This document shows positions 7,771 to 19,057 of a DNA stretch of 64,000 bases, piece by piece. Origin of the DNA: Actinomycetes bacterium. GTDB lineage: Bacteria; Actinomycetota; Coriobacteriia; Coriobacteriales; Eggerthellaceae. The notes beneath the pieces were generated by a model, which was given only the letters and a program-made list of their open reading frames with translations, searched no databases and had not been told where the DNA came from. The position numbers and the translations under genes are program-made. Position 1 is the stretch's first letter. Each line of letters starts with the position of its first letter. The stretch is from NCBI GenBank assembly GCA_023394615.1, contig JAEXAI010000022.1, forward strand, positions 24,175-88,174, read 5' to 3'.

Positions 7771-9843
7771 ATGTCAGACGACAAAAAGACCTATGCGCTT
7801 ATCGGAAACCCCAATTGCGGGAAGACCACCCTGTTCAACGAATTAACCGGCACATCTCAGCACGTGGGGAACTGGCCGGGTGTGACCGTGGAGAAAAAGG
7901 AAGGCGTGCTGCGAGATGAGTATGGCGAGGCGGGCATCGTCGATTTGCCAGGTATCTATTCGCTGAACAGCTATTCCATCGAAGAGAGGGTTTCGCGCGC
8001 ATTCATAATCGACGAGCGTCCCGATGTGGTGATCGACATCGTGGAAGCCACAAACATCGAGCGCAATCTTTTCCTTACGTGCCAAATCGCCGAACTGGGC
8101 GTGCCTTTGGTCGTGGCTGTGAACATGATGGACGAGGCGGAAAAAGCGGGCGACTCCATTGACTGTGAGGCGCTTTCCAATTTGCTGGGCCTGCCGGTCA
8201 TGCCTATAACCGCAGTTACCGGCGAAGGAGTTATCGAGCTTATGCATACCGTGGGCATGCATAAACTGATGGAAAAGGTGGAATACGAATCGGAATCGCC
8301 GTTTCACGAGGGCGAAGACGAGCATGGCCATGGTTTCCAAGATGTGGAAGATCCGTTGGAGCATCGTTTGGATCACCATACCGACACCGAAGGTCGCACA
8401 AATGCGCTCATCGCGAAATACAAGTACCACAACCACTATAAAGGCCCTATGACCTTTCAGCCTTCCAAAGACCATCCGCTCACTGACGATCAAGTAACCG
8501 AGAACGCGAATCGTCGTTATGCTTTCATCAAGCAGGTTATGAGCCAAAGTGTGAAAAGAGGTCGTCCGGCAGGGCAGGTAAACGGCTCCGATCGTGCCGA
8601 CAAGGTGCTTACGAACCGCTTTTTCGGCATCCCGATTTTCCTGCTCATTATGTTCTTCATGTTCCATTGCACGTTCTCGAATGATTTTCTGGGTCTCAAC
8701 GCGCTGTTCGGAATGGAAGCCGTCCCTAGCCCTGGCATTTGGCTGCAAGGGCTAGCCCAAGCGCTCGTCGATGTCATCACGCAGGGGCTCATACCTCTGT
8801 TCACGCCGGGCACGTGGATGTATGGGCTGGTCATCGATGGTATTTGCGGCGGCGTGGGAGCTGTGCTGTCGTTTTTGCCACAGATTTGCGTGCTGTTCTT
8901 TTTCCTGACGCTACTCGAAGACATGGGATATATGGCTCGCGCCGCGTTCATCATGGACCGTGCGCTGCGCCCGTTCGGATTGTCTGGTAAAAGCTTCGTG
9001 CCGATGCTCATGGGATTTGGTTGCAACGTGCCCGCGATGATGGCGTGTCGCACCATGGAAAGCGAAGAGGACCGCAAGATCACGCTGTTTTTGGTGCCGT
9101 TTATGAGTTGCGGTGCGCGTGCCCCCATTTATCTGGTGTTCGCATCGGCCTTTTTCGCCGATAACGCCGATGTGATGGTGCTGTGCCTCTACATGTTTGG
9201 CATCATAATTGCCGTGTTGACAGGTTGGCTGCTGAAAAAATTCGTGTTCAAGGGGCAGACGACGCCGCTCATCATCGAGCTGCCACGCTATCGTGCGCCG
9301 CATTTCAAGTCGTTGGGAATCGCATTGTGGGGCACCATCAAAGATTATCTGCAGCGTGCCGGTACAATCATCTTCGTGATGTCGGTGGTCGTCTGGTTCT
9401 TTAGCAACTTCGGTTTCAACGCCACCGGTTTCGGCATGACCGATATCGAAAGTTCGCTGCTCTCGGTAGCTGGTGCCGCTATTGCGCCGTTATTCTCGCC
9501 GCTGGGCTTCGGTTTCTGGGCAGCTGCGGTATCCTTGATTACAGGGTTCGTGGCGAAGGAATCCGTTATCGGCACGTTGGGCGTGCTGGCGGGGCAGACA
9601 AGCGATGCGGGGTCAGGCGTGTTGAACGCCGCTGCGCTTTCGGCTTTGGGATTCACACCGGCCTCCGGATTCTCGTTCATGGTATTTTCGCTGCTGTATC
9701 TGCCGTGCTTTGCTACGGTGGCTACGCTCAAGCGCGAGAGCAATTCATGGAAATGGACGTTCGCTCAGATGGGGTATTCGTTCGCCGTTGCCTGGATATG
9801 CTCGGCTGTTGCCTACCAGTTTGCTTTAGTGCTGGGCGTGTAG
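7771..9843 (+). CDS. feoB: Ferrous iron transporter FeoB
   Basis: The G-domain P-loop GNPNCGKTTLFNELTG is followed by a polytopic membrane domain. 690 aa. Confidence 0.95.
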   Translation: MSDDKKTYALIGNPNCGKTTLFNELTGTSQHVGNWPGVTVEKKEGVLRDEYGEAGIVDLPGIYSLNSYSIEERVSRAFIIDERPDVVIDIVEATNIERNLFLTCQIAELGVPLVVAVNMMDEAEKAGDSIDCEALSNLLGLPVMPITAVTGEGVIELMHTVGMHKLMEKVEYESESPFHEGEDEHGHGFQDVEDPLEHRLDHHTDTEGRTNALIAKYKYHNHYKGPMTFQPSKDHPLTDDQVTENANRRYAFIKQVMSQSVKRGRPAGQVNGSDRADKVLTNRFFGIPIFLLIMFFMFHCTFSNDFLGLNALFGMEAVPSPGIWLQGLAQALVDVITQGLIPLFTPGTWMYGLVIDGICGGVGAVLSFLPQICVLFFFLTLLEDMGYMARAAFIMDRALRPFGLSGKSFVPMLMGFGCNVPAMMACRTMESEEDRKITLFLVPFMSCGARAPIYLVFASAFFADNADVMVLCLYMFGIIIAVLTGWLLKKFVFKGQTTPLIIELPRYRAPHFKSLGIALWGTIKDYLQRAGTIIFVMSVVVWFFSNFGFNATGFGMTDIESSLLSVAGAAIAPLFSPLGFGFWAAAVSLITGFVAKESVIGTLGVLAGQTSDAGSGVLNAAALSALGFTPASGFSFMVFSLLYLPCFATVATLKRESNSWKWTFAQMGYSFAVAWICSAVAYQFALVLGV

Positions 9844-9963
9844 CAGCTTGCACGACCAGTGATGGACGGAGACGCGCTACGCCCATTCGCGATGTGTATT
9901 TTCATCATCAAGCGCGGCTTTATGGGGAAATAACTAAAAGGCTTGCGAACAGGAGGACATCCG

Positions 9964-10374
9964 ATGGAGCAGACGAACAAAGTGACAGAATCGCACGAGG
10001 ATTATCTCGAGGCCATCGTGATGCTGGGCGGTACGGACAAAAAGTCCGTCAGGTCGGTAGACGTAGCGACGAAGCTTGGTGTTTCCAAGGCTTCGGTGAA
10101 CAAAGCGGTGAGCGTGTTGAAAGCCGATGGGATGCTGGTGCAGCCTTATTACGGTGATATAACCCTTACCGAGCGCGGTTACGACTATGGTTTGAGAGTC
10201 TCCGAGCGCCACGCGTTGCTTTCGGCTTTCCTGAATCAGGCCATTGGCCTCTCAGCCGAAAACGCCGATGCGGAAGCGTGCCTTTTAGAACACGACATCA
10301 GCGATGAGTCATTCGAAAAGTGGATTGCATATATCAAAGGCCTAGGCATCACCGCAGCAACTGAGCATATATGA
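9964..10374 (+). CDS. DtxR/MntR-family metal-dependent transcriptional repressor
   Basis: SHEDYLEAIVMLGG...SVRSVDVATKLGVSKASVNKAVSVLKADGML matches the DtxR-family HTH and N-terminal motif. It lies immediately downstream of feoAB. Confidence 0.8.
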   Translation: MEQTNKVTESHEDYLEAIVMLGGTDKKSVRSVDVATKLGVSKASVNKAVSVLKADGMLVQPYYGDITLTERGYDYGLRVSERHALLSAFLNQAIGLSAENADAEACLLEHDISDESFEKWIAYIKGLGITAATEHI

Positions 10375-10432
10375 TAGAATACGAACAAACGTTTGCGCCA
10401 GGCGCGATGATAATCTCGATGTGAAGGAATGC

Positions 10433-10942
10433 ATGAACGAACGGCGAACCATATTGGGCATTGATCCTGGACTGGCGCATACCGGCTGGGGCATTGTGCG
10501 TCAAGAAGGTCCCCGGTTGGCATGCGTGGCCTACGGCTGCACTGCCACACTGCCCGAAGAGCAGTTGGCATTTCGTCTGAAGAAAATAAAAGACCAGGTA
10601 AGCGCTGTAATCAATCGATTCGAACCGGTGTGCGTCGGTATAGAGACCGTGTGGTTCGGAGTGAATTCCACCAGCGCTTTCGCAACTGGTCAGGCGCGCG
10701 GAGCGGCGCTGGTCGCATGCGCCGACGGCGGGTTGGAAGTGGGGGAATTCACTCCCCGCGAGATAAAGCTGGCAGTGGTGGGTACTGGCACGGCCGACAA
10801 ACATCAGGTGCAATACATGGTCAAGCAGCTCTTGGGGCTAGACGATTTGCCCCAACCCGACCATGCGGCAGATGCGCTGGCGGCGGCTATTTGCTACACC
10901 ACGCATGTCGGTGTGCTTTCGGAAAAGGAAGGCGTGCGATGA
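10433..10942 (+). CDS. ruvC: Crossover junction endodeoxyribonuclease RuvC
   Basis: ILGIDPGLAHTGWGIV is the catalytic N-terminus. A GAAGGA Shine-Dalgarno sequence precedes the ATG at 10433. Confidence 0.9.
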   Translation: MNERRTILGIDPGLAHTGWGIVRQEGPRLACVAYGCTATLPEEQLAFRLKKIKDQVSAVINRFEPVCVGIETVWFGVNSTSAFATGQARGAALVACADGGLEVGEFTPREIKLAVVGTGTADKHQVQYMVKQLLGLDDLPQPDHAADALAAAICYTTHVGVLSEKEGVR

Positions 10943-11520
10943 TTGCTTTTCTAGAAGGATCGCTCGCAGTGAAAACGGCCACCTCGATTGTTTTGAACGT
11001 CGGCGGGGTCGGTTTTACCATGGGCATGTCGGGGAATTCCTTGGCGAAGATGCCCGAATTGGGCGAAACGGTTCTCGTGCATACGCATATGCAGGTGCGT
11101 GAAGATGCCATCACGCTGTTCGGTTTTGCAACAAGTGAGGAAAAAGAGCTGTTCGAGCGTCTGATAAACGTGTCGGGTGTGGGCCCGAAGGTAGCGTTAG
11201 CCGCGCTGTCGTCATTTACGCCGTCCGTTTTAGCGAGCGCAATCACGGCGGGGGATGTGGCCCAAGTGTCGCGAATCCCGGGCGTAGGTAAAAAGACAGC
11301 ACAGCGCATAGTGTTGGAGCTGCAGGGCAAACTGGATGTGGAATCCCAGCTCGCTGTGGCAGAAGGCAGTGTTGATGGCGCGACTGTGCGAAGTGTCGTC
11401 GAGGACTTGTTGTCGATGGGATTCACATCTGCAGAAGCTGACATAGCGTTGAGGGGTGCGCCTGCGGGTGAGAGCGAAGCCAAGATGCTGCAGTATGCCC
11501 TGAAACGGTTGGGGGCTTAA
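10939..11520 (+). CDS. ruvA: Holliday junction branch migration complex subunit RuvA
   Basis: MIAFLEGSLAVKTATSIVLNVGGVGF is a typical RuvA N-terminus. The ATG at 10939 overlaps the ruvC stop (ATGA). Confidence 0.9.
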   Translation: MIAFLEGSLAVKTATSIVLNVGGVGFTMGMSGNSLAKMPELGETVLVHTHMQVREDAITLFGFATSEEKELFERLINVSGVGPKVALAALSSFTPSVLASAITAGDVAQVSRIPGVGKKTAQRIVLELQGKLDVESQLAVAEGSVDGATVRSVVEDLLSMGFTSAEADIALRGAPAGESEAKMLQYALKRLGA

Positions 11521-12672
11521 ATGCCTGATGATATTCGTATAGAGGGCCTGATGTTCGATGCTTCTCTTCCGAGTGAGGATGCCTCTTCATCGGCGCATGG
11601 GGACAATGGGCCAACATCCGAGCATCCCGCACCCGTTGCGGCGAGCGAGGTTGACGGGGCGCGTGGGCGCATGGCGACGGTGGAGTTGACCGAAGACGAC
11701 CTTGCGCTCGATCGCACGTTGCGTCCTCAGATGCTGGATGACTACTTAGGGCAAACGAAGATCAAAGACAGTTTGCGTATCCTTATAAAAGCCGCGCAGG
11801 GCCGCAAGGATGTGGTGGATCATATCTTGTTTTCAGGTCCTCCGGGCTTGGGCAAGACCACGCTGGCAACGGTGGTCGCCAACGAAATGGGCTCCAACAT
11901 CAAAACGACGAGTGGCCCCGCTATAGAGCGCACCGGCGATTTAGCCGCAATACTCACCAACTTAGAAGAAGGCGATGTGCTGTTTATCGACGAGATTCAT
12001 CGTCTGAACCGCATGGTCGAAGAGGTGCTCTACCCTGCTTTGGAAGACTATGCGCTTGATATTGTGGTAGGCAAAGGCCCTGCGGCGCGTTCCATCAGGC
12101 TCGATTTGCCGCGTTTTACCCTCATTGGCGCAACCACGCGCACGGGTTTACTGACGGGACCTCTGCGCGATCGCTTCGGCATATCGTTTCGTTTGAACTA
12201 TTATTCAGCAGAAGAACTGGCCGACATTGTGTGCAGGTCGGCTTCCATCCTAGATGTTTCCATCGATCGAGCAGGCGCTCTGGAAATAGCGCGCCGCAGC
12301 AGGGGCACGCCACGATTGGCGAACCGTTTGCTCAAACGAGTGCGCGATTGGTCGCAGGTGAAAAGCAACGGTGCGATAGACGAAGATTGTGCAGCTCTTG
12401 CCCTCGAGTTTTTCGAAGTGGACCCCTTGGGGCTCGATGCTGTGGATAATCGGGTGCTGCAGCTTTTGTGCAAACAGTTTAGTGGACGGCCGGTCGGATT
12501 GAGCACATTGGCGTCCGCATTGAGCGAAGACCAAGACACGCTGAAAGATGTGTATGAACCATATCTGATGCAGCAAGGGTTGCTTGTGCGTACGCCGAAG
12601 GGCCGTCAACCCACCGAGCGTGCCTTCGAGCATTTGGGAATACCCTTGCCGAAAGGCTTCGAGCTGCGCTGA
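11521..12672 (+). CDS. ruvB: Holliday junction DNA helicase RuvB (with about 60-aa N-terminal extension)
   Basis: It carries Walker [12 protein letters not shown] and Walker [10 protein letters not shown], and starts directly after the ruvA TAA. Confidence 0.95.
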   Translation: MPDDIRIEGLMFDASLPSEDASSSAHGDNGPTSEHPAPVAASEVDGARGRMATVELTEDDLALDRTLRPQMLDDYLGQTKIKDSLRILIKAAQGRKDVVDHILFSGPPGLGKTTLATVVANEMGSNIKTTSGPAIERTGDLAAILTNLEEGDVLFIDEIHRLNRMVEEVLYPALEDYALDIVVGKGPAARSIRLDLPRFTLIGATTRTGLLTGPLRDRFGISFRLNYYSAEELADIVCRSASILDVSIDRAGALEIARRSRGTPRLANRLLKRVRDWSQVKSNGAIDEDCAALALEFFEVDPLGLDAVDNRVLQLLCKQFSGRPVGLSTLASALSEDQDTLKDVYEPYLMQQGLLVRTPKGRQPTERAFEHLGIPLPKGFELR

Positions 12673-12739
12673 TATGGGAGACACTCCAGGATACTGTATC
12701 CTTGAAAGCGCTCGTTTAAACAGTTGAGGAAGGATCGAC

Positions 12740-13171
12740 ATGTTCGAAAGCGATTATCTGATGCGAATGATCCAGCAGCTTATAGAGGCAATCGTGCGCA
12801 GCATGGAAGCGGCCAACGGCACGCGAGAAGATCCTGCGGCAGCCGCTGATTTGCTGGAAGCGGCCATCGGTGCGGCGGTGGACATGGACAGTTCCGTGTT
12901 TTTGTCTTTGGCTCCAGAATCCATCGCTGACATATTGAGCGTGTCCGGCACCGATGAGCATGTGGCCGAGTACGTGGGCCGCTCGCTCTTTTTGGAGTCA
13001 GACTATCTGCTTCGCTCGGGAAACGACGAACTTGCACGCATTCGCGAGGATCAGGCGCGCGCTTTGGGTAGCGCGTATGGTTTCTCTTTGGACGAGGGCA
13101 TGGATCCCGAAGATGCCATGAAGGCATATCTGGCTACACAGGATGACCACTCTGAAAATCAGAGTAACTGA
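12740..13171 (+). CDS. Hypothetical acidic helical protein
   Basis: 143-aa ORF downstream of ruvB. It looks like plausible coding sequence, but no family was recognised. Confidence 0.45.
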   Translation: MFESDYLMRMIQQLIEAIVRSMEAANGTREDPAAAADLLEAAIGAAVDMDSSVFLSLAPESIADILSVSGTDEHVAEYVGRSLFLESDYLLRSGNDELARIREDQARALGSAYGFSLDEGMDPEDAMKAYLATQDDHSENQSN

Positions 13172-13377
13172 GATGTATTTTGTGCTGATTCCATCGAGCA
13201 ACGGCTTAAATGGGAGCGCAGAACGAGAATTTTTTGCCAGAAGAAAGAAACATCTCCCCAAGAACGCCTCGATAGTGTAGAGTGACAGACTATAAGCCTG
13301 TATGGGCAGTCTCGGAATGCACGCCATGCATTTCGGGGGCGGTTGAATCCCTTTGGGGATAGAAGAAAAGAGGAAAC

Positions 13378-13605
13378 ATGGCGGAAGGTACTGTGAAGTG
13401 GTTCGGCGGCAAGAAGGCCGATGGTAAAACTAGGGGATACGGTTTTATCACTCAAGACAACGGCGAAGATCTCTTTGTTTACTACAAGGAAATCGAAAAG
13501 GACAAAGAGGGCTTCAAGACTCTCGAAGAGGGTCAGCGCGTCTCCTTCGACGTCGAGCCCGGCCAAGATGGCAAACTTCAGGCCGTCAACGTCGTGAAGC
13601 TGTAG
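13378..13605 (+). CDS. Cold-shock domain protein (CspA family, with an insertion before RNP1)
   Basis: [21 protein letters not shown]...DLFVYY carries RNP1- and RNP2-like motifs. An AAGAGGAAAC Shine-Dalgarno sequence is present, and a strong terminator follows. Confidence 0.85.
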   Translation: MAEGTVKWFGGKKADGKTRGYGFITQDNGEDLFVYYKEIEKDKEGFKTLEEGQRVSFDVEPGQDGKLQAVNVVKL

Positions 13606-13634
13606 ATTCAAACGAGAATCCACAAGCATCAAAA

Positions 13635-13666
13635 GGGAACCCGCGGTAGTGCGGGTTCCCTTTTTT
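13635..13666 (+). terminator. Rho-independent terminator (between convergent genes)
   Basis: gggaacccgc-ggtagt-gcgggttccc forms a perfect 10-bp stem and is followed by tttttt. Confidence 0.85.
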
Positions 13667-13713
13667 AATGATGAGAACGAGTCGGCGAGGTGCCGGGTGC
13701 TGCGCGAAGTGCT

Positions 13714-14973
13714 TTACAGAAAAGCCGAAAGAGGCAGAATCACATTGCCCGCAATTGCCAGTACCAGTGCCACATAGAACATAGCGCGGCCGAAGAAACG
13801 CGAGAATGCTTCATCTTTTCGCCCGTATTCGCTGCGTATATTGTTAATCTGGATGATGTAAATCGCTACCATCACGATAGTCATGATGCCCCAGATGTTC
13901 ACGAATTCAAGCAGGCCTAAATCCAGCGCATCGGGCAGTAATGCCGCGCCGACCATGATATTGGATACCGTGCCGAACAGGGCGCCGGGAATCATTCCCA
14001 ATGGGTCGACTCGATGGTGGCCGCAAATATAGAGCATAATCAGCACCCAGAGCGTCGTGCCATACATGGCGATGAAACACTTAACATAGAGCCCGATACC
14101 GGCGCGCCCGACGGTTATGGCGGTCATATATTCTGAGTCGGTGGTGGGGTAGATAAGCGTTGGATCCGATTCCGTGCTGGGGTAAGTATAGGCGGTGTTT
14201 GCGAACTGGATATCCTTGACCTCATAGCCTGCCAAATTGGCACTTTCATTCACGCCGCTGTTTTCGGTGTCGCCTACCAAGAGCACTTCTGTCGCGTCAT
14301 ATTCCGATTCCACGAATATGCGCAGCTGATGTGACTCTAGGGGGAAACGCGACGTGTAGAATACTTTGTTCAGCGTGACGTCGATACGCGTTAGCTGGTA
14401 GTGGGTGTCTCCGACGTTTGATTCGGTCAGAATCTCACGTTTGTTGATGTAGCCCTTGTATATGTGAAAGTTGTTCGCCATGTCCAAATCAGGGTTGCCA
14501 TCCCAGCGAAACCACACCAGCATAGTGACGCGGTAGCTGGAATCCTTGATGGATAGGTTGTTGATGTAGTTCACGTACGTGCCCACCGTCACGTTCGTTG
14601 AATCGTGCGCTGCCGCTTTGTCTTCGGCGATAGTACGTTCTTGCGTGTAGTACTCGGTATTGTTTTCGTACCAGGTGTCCTTTTCGGCACTGCTGTCTGA
14701 AATGAGAGAGGCCACCATGCAGGTAAGCAAAGTGATGCCTATGACAAGAGATGCGATGACCCAAGTGAGGAACATCTTGCGTTTGCGGGGGTCGAGTCCC
14801 TTGATGTCACGGATGGTGTAGCGCTCGAAATGCTTTGTCTGTTTGGCGGTTTGTTTCGTAGCGTTGGCTTTGAGAACGGTTGTTTCGGAAGTGTCTTTTT
14901 CGGTTTCCTGCGGTTCCGGAAACGGTTGCACGCCGCTTGTCTCGTGGATGATGTTGTCGTTGTCTTTGTCCAT
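13714..14973 (-). CDS. Membrane protein resembling a prokaryotic pentameric ligand-gated ion channel (pLGIC/Cys-loop superfamily)
   Basis: VGTYVNYINNLSIKDSSYRVTMLVWFRWDGNPDL resembles the pLGIC beta1-beta2 / W-x-D region. RFPLESHQLRIFVES resembles the FPFD-x-Q loop. Four C-terminal TM helices are present, including the M2-like LGMIPGALFGTVSNIMVGAALLP. An N-terminal cytoplasmic tail plus a TM takes the place of a cleavable signal. The call rests on motif reading only. Confidence 0.45.
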   Translation of the reverse strand: MDKDNDNIIHETSGVQPFPEPQETEKDTSETTVLKANATKQTAKQTKHFERYTIRDIKGLDPRKRKMFLTWVIASLVIGITLLTCMVASLISDSSAEKDTWYENNTEYYTQERTIAEDKAAAHDSTNVTVGTYVNYINNLSIKDSSYRVTMLVWFRWDGNPDLDMANNFHIYKGYINKREILTESNVGDTHYQLTRIDVTLNKVFYTSRFPLESHQLRIFVESEYDATEVLLVGDTENSGVNESANLAGYEVKDIQFANTAYTYPSTESDPTLIYPTTDSEYMTAITVGRAGIGLYVKCFIAMYGTTLWVLIMLYICGHHRVDPLGMIPGALFGTVSNIMVGAALLPDALDLGLLEFVNIWGIMTIVMVAIYIIQINNIRSEYGRKDEAFSRFFGRAMFYVALVLAIAGNVILPLSAFL

Positions 14974-15087
14974 TGCGCCACTTTCCGTGAATACCCTATC
15001 GAAGCTATTCTAATCATAAAAAAGACAACGATACACCAAACTGCTTTCGAGAGGCAAGACTGCTTTGCGGCGAGCTCGTTTTTAAGT

Positions 15088-16161
15088 CTAATGGATGAGC
15101 ATGGCATCGCCAAACGACAACATCCGGTACTCATTGTCGATGGCGTGTTTGTAGGCCGCCATGATGAAATCACGGCTGCTGAAAGCCGATACCAGCATCA
15201 TCAGCGTGGAGCGGGGTACATGGAAGTTCGTTATCATAGCGTCGATCACATGGAATTTGCTTCCCGGCAGCAGGAACAGCGACGTAGTGGCATTGTCGCG
15301 GGCCACCAACTTGTTTTGCTCTGCGTCCCAAGCGCTCTCGAGGCTGCGTACGCTGGTTGTACCTACGGCAATCACTCGGTTGCCCCGTGCATGGGCCGCA
15401 TCGCATGCGTCCACCACGTGCTGCTCCACGGTATAGGTTTCGGTGTGCATGGCGTGTTCGGCCGGGTCCTCTTCGTCCACCACGCGAAACGTGTCGATGC
15501 CCACCTGCAGCTCAACGGTTTCAAATAATGCGCCCTTTTCGCGAATGCGCTCGATAAGCTGCGGGGTGAAATGCAGCCCAGCTGTAGGGGCTGCCGCCGA
15601 TTTCTCGCGCGTGGAATACACGGTCTGGTAAAGCTCTTCGTTTCCAGTGTAGTGCTTGATGTAGGGTGGCAGGGGGGTGTGTCCCACGGCGTGCAGCGCT
15701 TCGCCCAAAGACGGCCAAGCTGTGCTCAGACGTGCGATACGCTCGCCTTTGCCTTCCACAAAATCAACTATCTCAGCTTGCATGGCTACGTCGCCCGCAC
15801 CGTTGCGAAACTCGATGACTGCTCCGGGCTTCAACCGTTTGCCTGGACGCACGAGCACTTCCCAGATGGCAGATGAGTTCGTTTTCGGCTCATACTCTGG
15901 AATTTCGCGCAGCAGGAATACTTCGGCCATACCACCCGTTTCGCGTTTCGCGCCTAGAAGTCTGGCTGGCATCACGCGGGTCTCGTTGGCCACCAGTACG
16001 TCTCCTGCATCGATGTAGTCATATACGTCACGGAAAATCCGGTCTTCAAGGGCGCCGCTCGTGCGATCCATCACCAGCATACGGCACTCGTCACGTATGG
16101 CTGCCGGTTCCTGCGCAATGCGCTCCTGTGGCAGGTCGTAGTCGAAATCGCTCGTTCTCAT
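15088..16161 (-). CDS. queA: S-adenosylmethionine:tRNA ribosyltransferase-isomerase
   Basis: The N-terminus MRTSDFDYDLPQERIAQEP and overall QueA-like sequence support the call. 357 aa. Confidence 0.9.
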   Translation of the reverse strand: MRTSDFDYDLPQERIAQEPAAIRDECRMLVMDRTSGALEDRIFRDVYDYIDAGDVLVANETRVMPARLLGAKRETGGMAEVFLLREIPEYEPKTNSSAIWEVLVRPGKRLKPGAVIEFRNGAGDVAMQAEIVDFVEGKGERIARLSTAWPSLGEALHAVGHTPLPPYIKHYTGNEELYQTVYSTREKSAAAPTAGLHFTPQLIERIREKGALFETVELQVGIDTFRVVDEEDPAEHAMHTETYTVEQHVVDACDAAHARGNRVIAVGTTSVRSLESAWDAEQNKLVARDNATTSLFLLPGSKFHVIDAMITNFHVPRSTLMMLVSAFSSRDFIMAAYKHAIDNEYRMLSFGDAMLIH

Positions 16162-16928
16162 TGTGAGTCGTTCTCCTTTTGGGTGCTGCGTTGTGCCCTG
16201 CGATAAGCATCGCGTGCTGCACGTTTCTCATGTTGCTTTCGGTCGTATTCGGCTCGCGACGCTGTCGCTTTAGCTCGTGCGGCCGCTTGTGCCGCTCGGG
16301 CGGGAGCGAGAGTTTTGTCTCGCTCTGCTTTTTCGGCTGCCCGCTGCTGTTTGCGCTGCTCGCGTTCGGCGGCAGCTTCGGCATCGGAATAGGCGCAGCC
16401 GCAGTAATTCTGTCGGTACATGCCCAGTTCACGGCTGCGGCGGGTCGCCTGTTTGTAGTATGGTCTGAAATCTTGGAATACGGGCATCAGTCCGTAGGGT
16501 TGGCATGCAGCAGCCAATTCTTCCTCGATAATCTCCGAGAACTGATAAGGGCTTACCGCAAGCGTGGTCGAAAGACCCTCGAAGTCGTGGGCTGCGGCAT
16601 ATGCGGCCGCCTCCTGTAGGCGCATGCGGTAGCACAGGCGGCATCGCTTGGCATGGTGTGTATCGGCTGTCGATGCAGTGGTTTTCCCGTCAGCAAGCGC
16701 AGGTGCCACGGCAGCTTTCCACGCGGGGATGTCGTAGATCCCTTCGATGACGGGAATGTTTTCAACACGGGCCCATTCCACTAGGGCTTGTAAGCGTTTG
16801 TCATATTCGGCGCGTGGGTGGATGTTCGAATTCATGAAAGCTATCGTCAGATCGTGACCAGCTGCATGAAGCAGCCGCACAGGTTCCAGCGAGCACGGCC
16901 CGCAGCAGGCGTGAAGTAATATTTTCAT
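16158..16928 (-). CDS. queH: Epoxyqueuosine reductase QueH (DUF208) with a basic Ala/Arg/Lys-rich C-terminal tail
   Basis: MKILLHACCGPCS is the QueH hallmark. The stop overlaps the queA start (ATGA). The Met at 16928 is preferred over the longer ORF start at 16952. Confidence 0.85.
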   Translation of the reverse strand: MKILLHACCGPCSLEPVRLLHAAGHDLTIAFMNSNIHPRAEYDKRLQALVEWARVENIPVIEGIYDIPAWKAAVAPALADGKTTASTADTHHAKRCRLCYRMRLQEAAAYAAAHDFEGLSTTLAVSPYQFSEIIEEELAAACQPYGLMPVFQDFRPYYKQATRRSRELGMYRQNYCGCAYSDAEAAAEREQRKQQRAAEKAERDKTLAPARAAQAAARAKATASRAEYDRKQHEKRAARDAYRRAQRSTQKENDSQ

Positions 16929-17006
16929 GGCTAACGAGCAGGCTCCTTTCAATGTGTCCTATACTATCACGGTAAAAACCTCGCACTGTTCTCTCAAAGG
17001 AAAACC

Positions 17007-18913
<1,907 letters not shown>

Positions 18914-19057
18914 TGCAATCAACCGGTATGCCCGCCCCTTGGTTGGGTGATTCGCAGTGTTCGCGCGTTTGCACAGCGGTGAAGCAGCTATTTGTGGCAT
19001 AATACGCAAGTTGGAATGATTCAAGGCGCCAAAGGCGTCGGTTGGAAGGTAAGTTTG

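Noticed and set aside
10522-10938. N-terminal extensions of the longest ORFs: ruvA from 10522, tgt from 17726, dfx from 40552, the oxidoreductase from 40976, the Zn-ribbon gene from 4560, the heptad protein from 31616 and napH-like to 54005.
   Set aside because: The extensions overlap the preceding gene in another frame, have Arg-rich nonsense composition, and the conserved protein N-termini begin at internal ATG or GTG codons with Shine-Dalgarno sequences or ATGA/GTGA coupling.
18914-19057. Expected yajC between tgt and secDF.
   Set aside because: The gap is only 144 bp with no ORF of adequate size, so yajC is simply not here.
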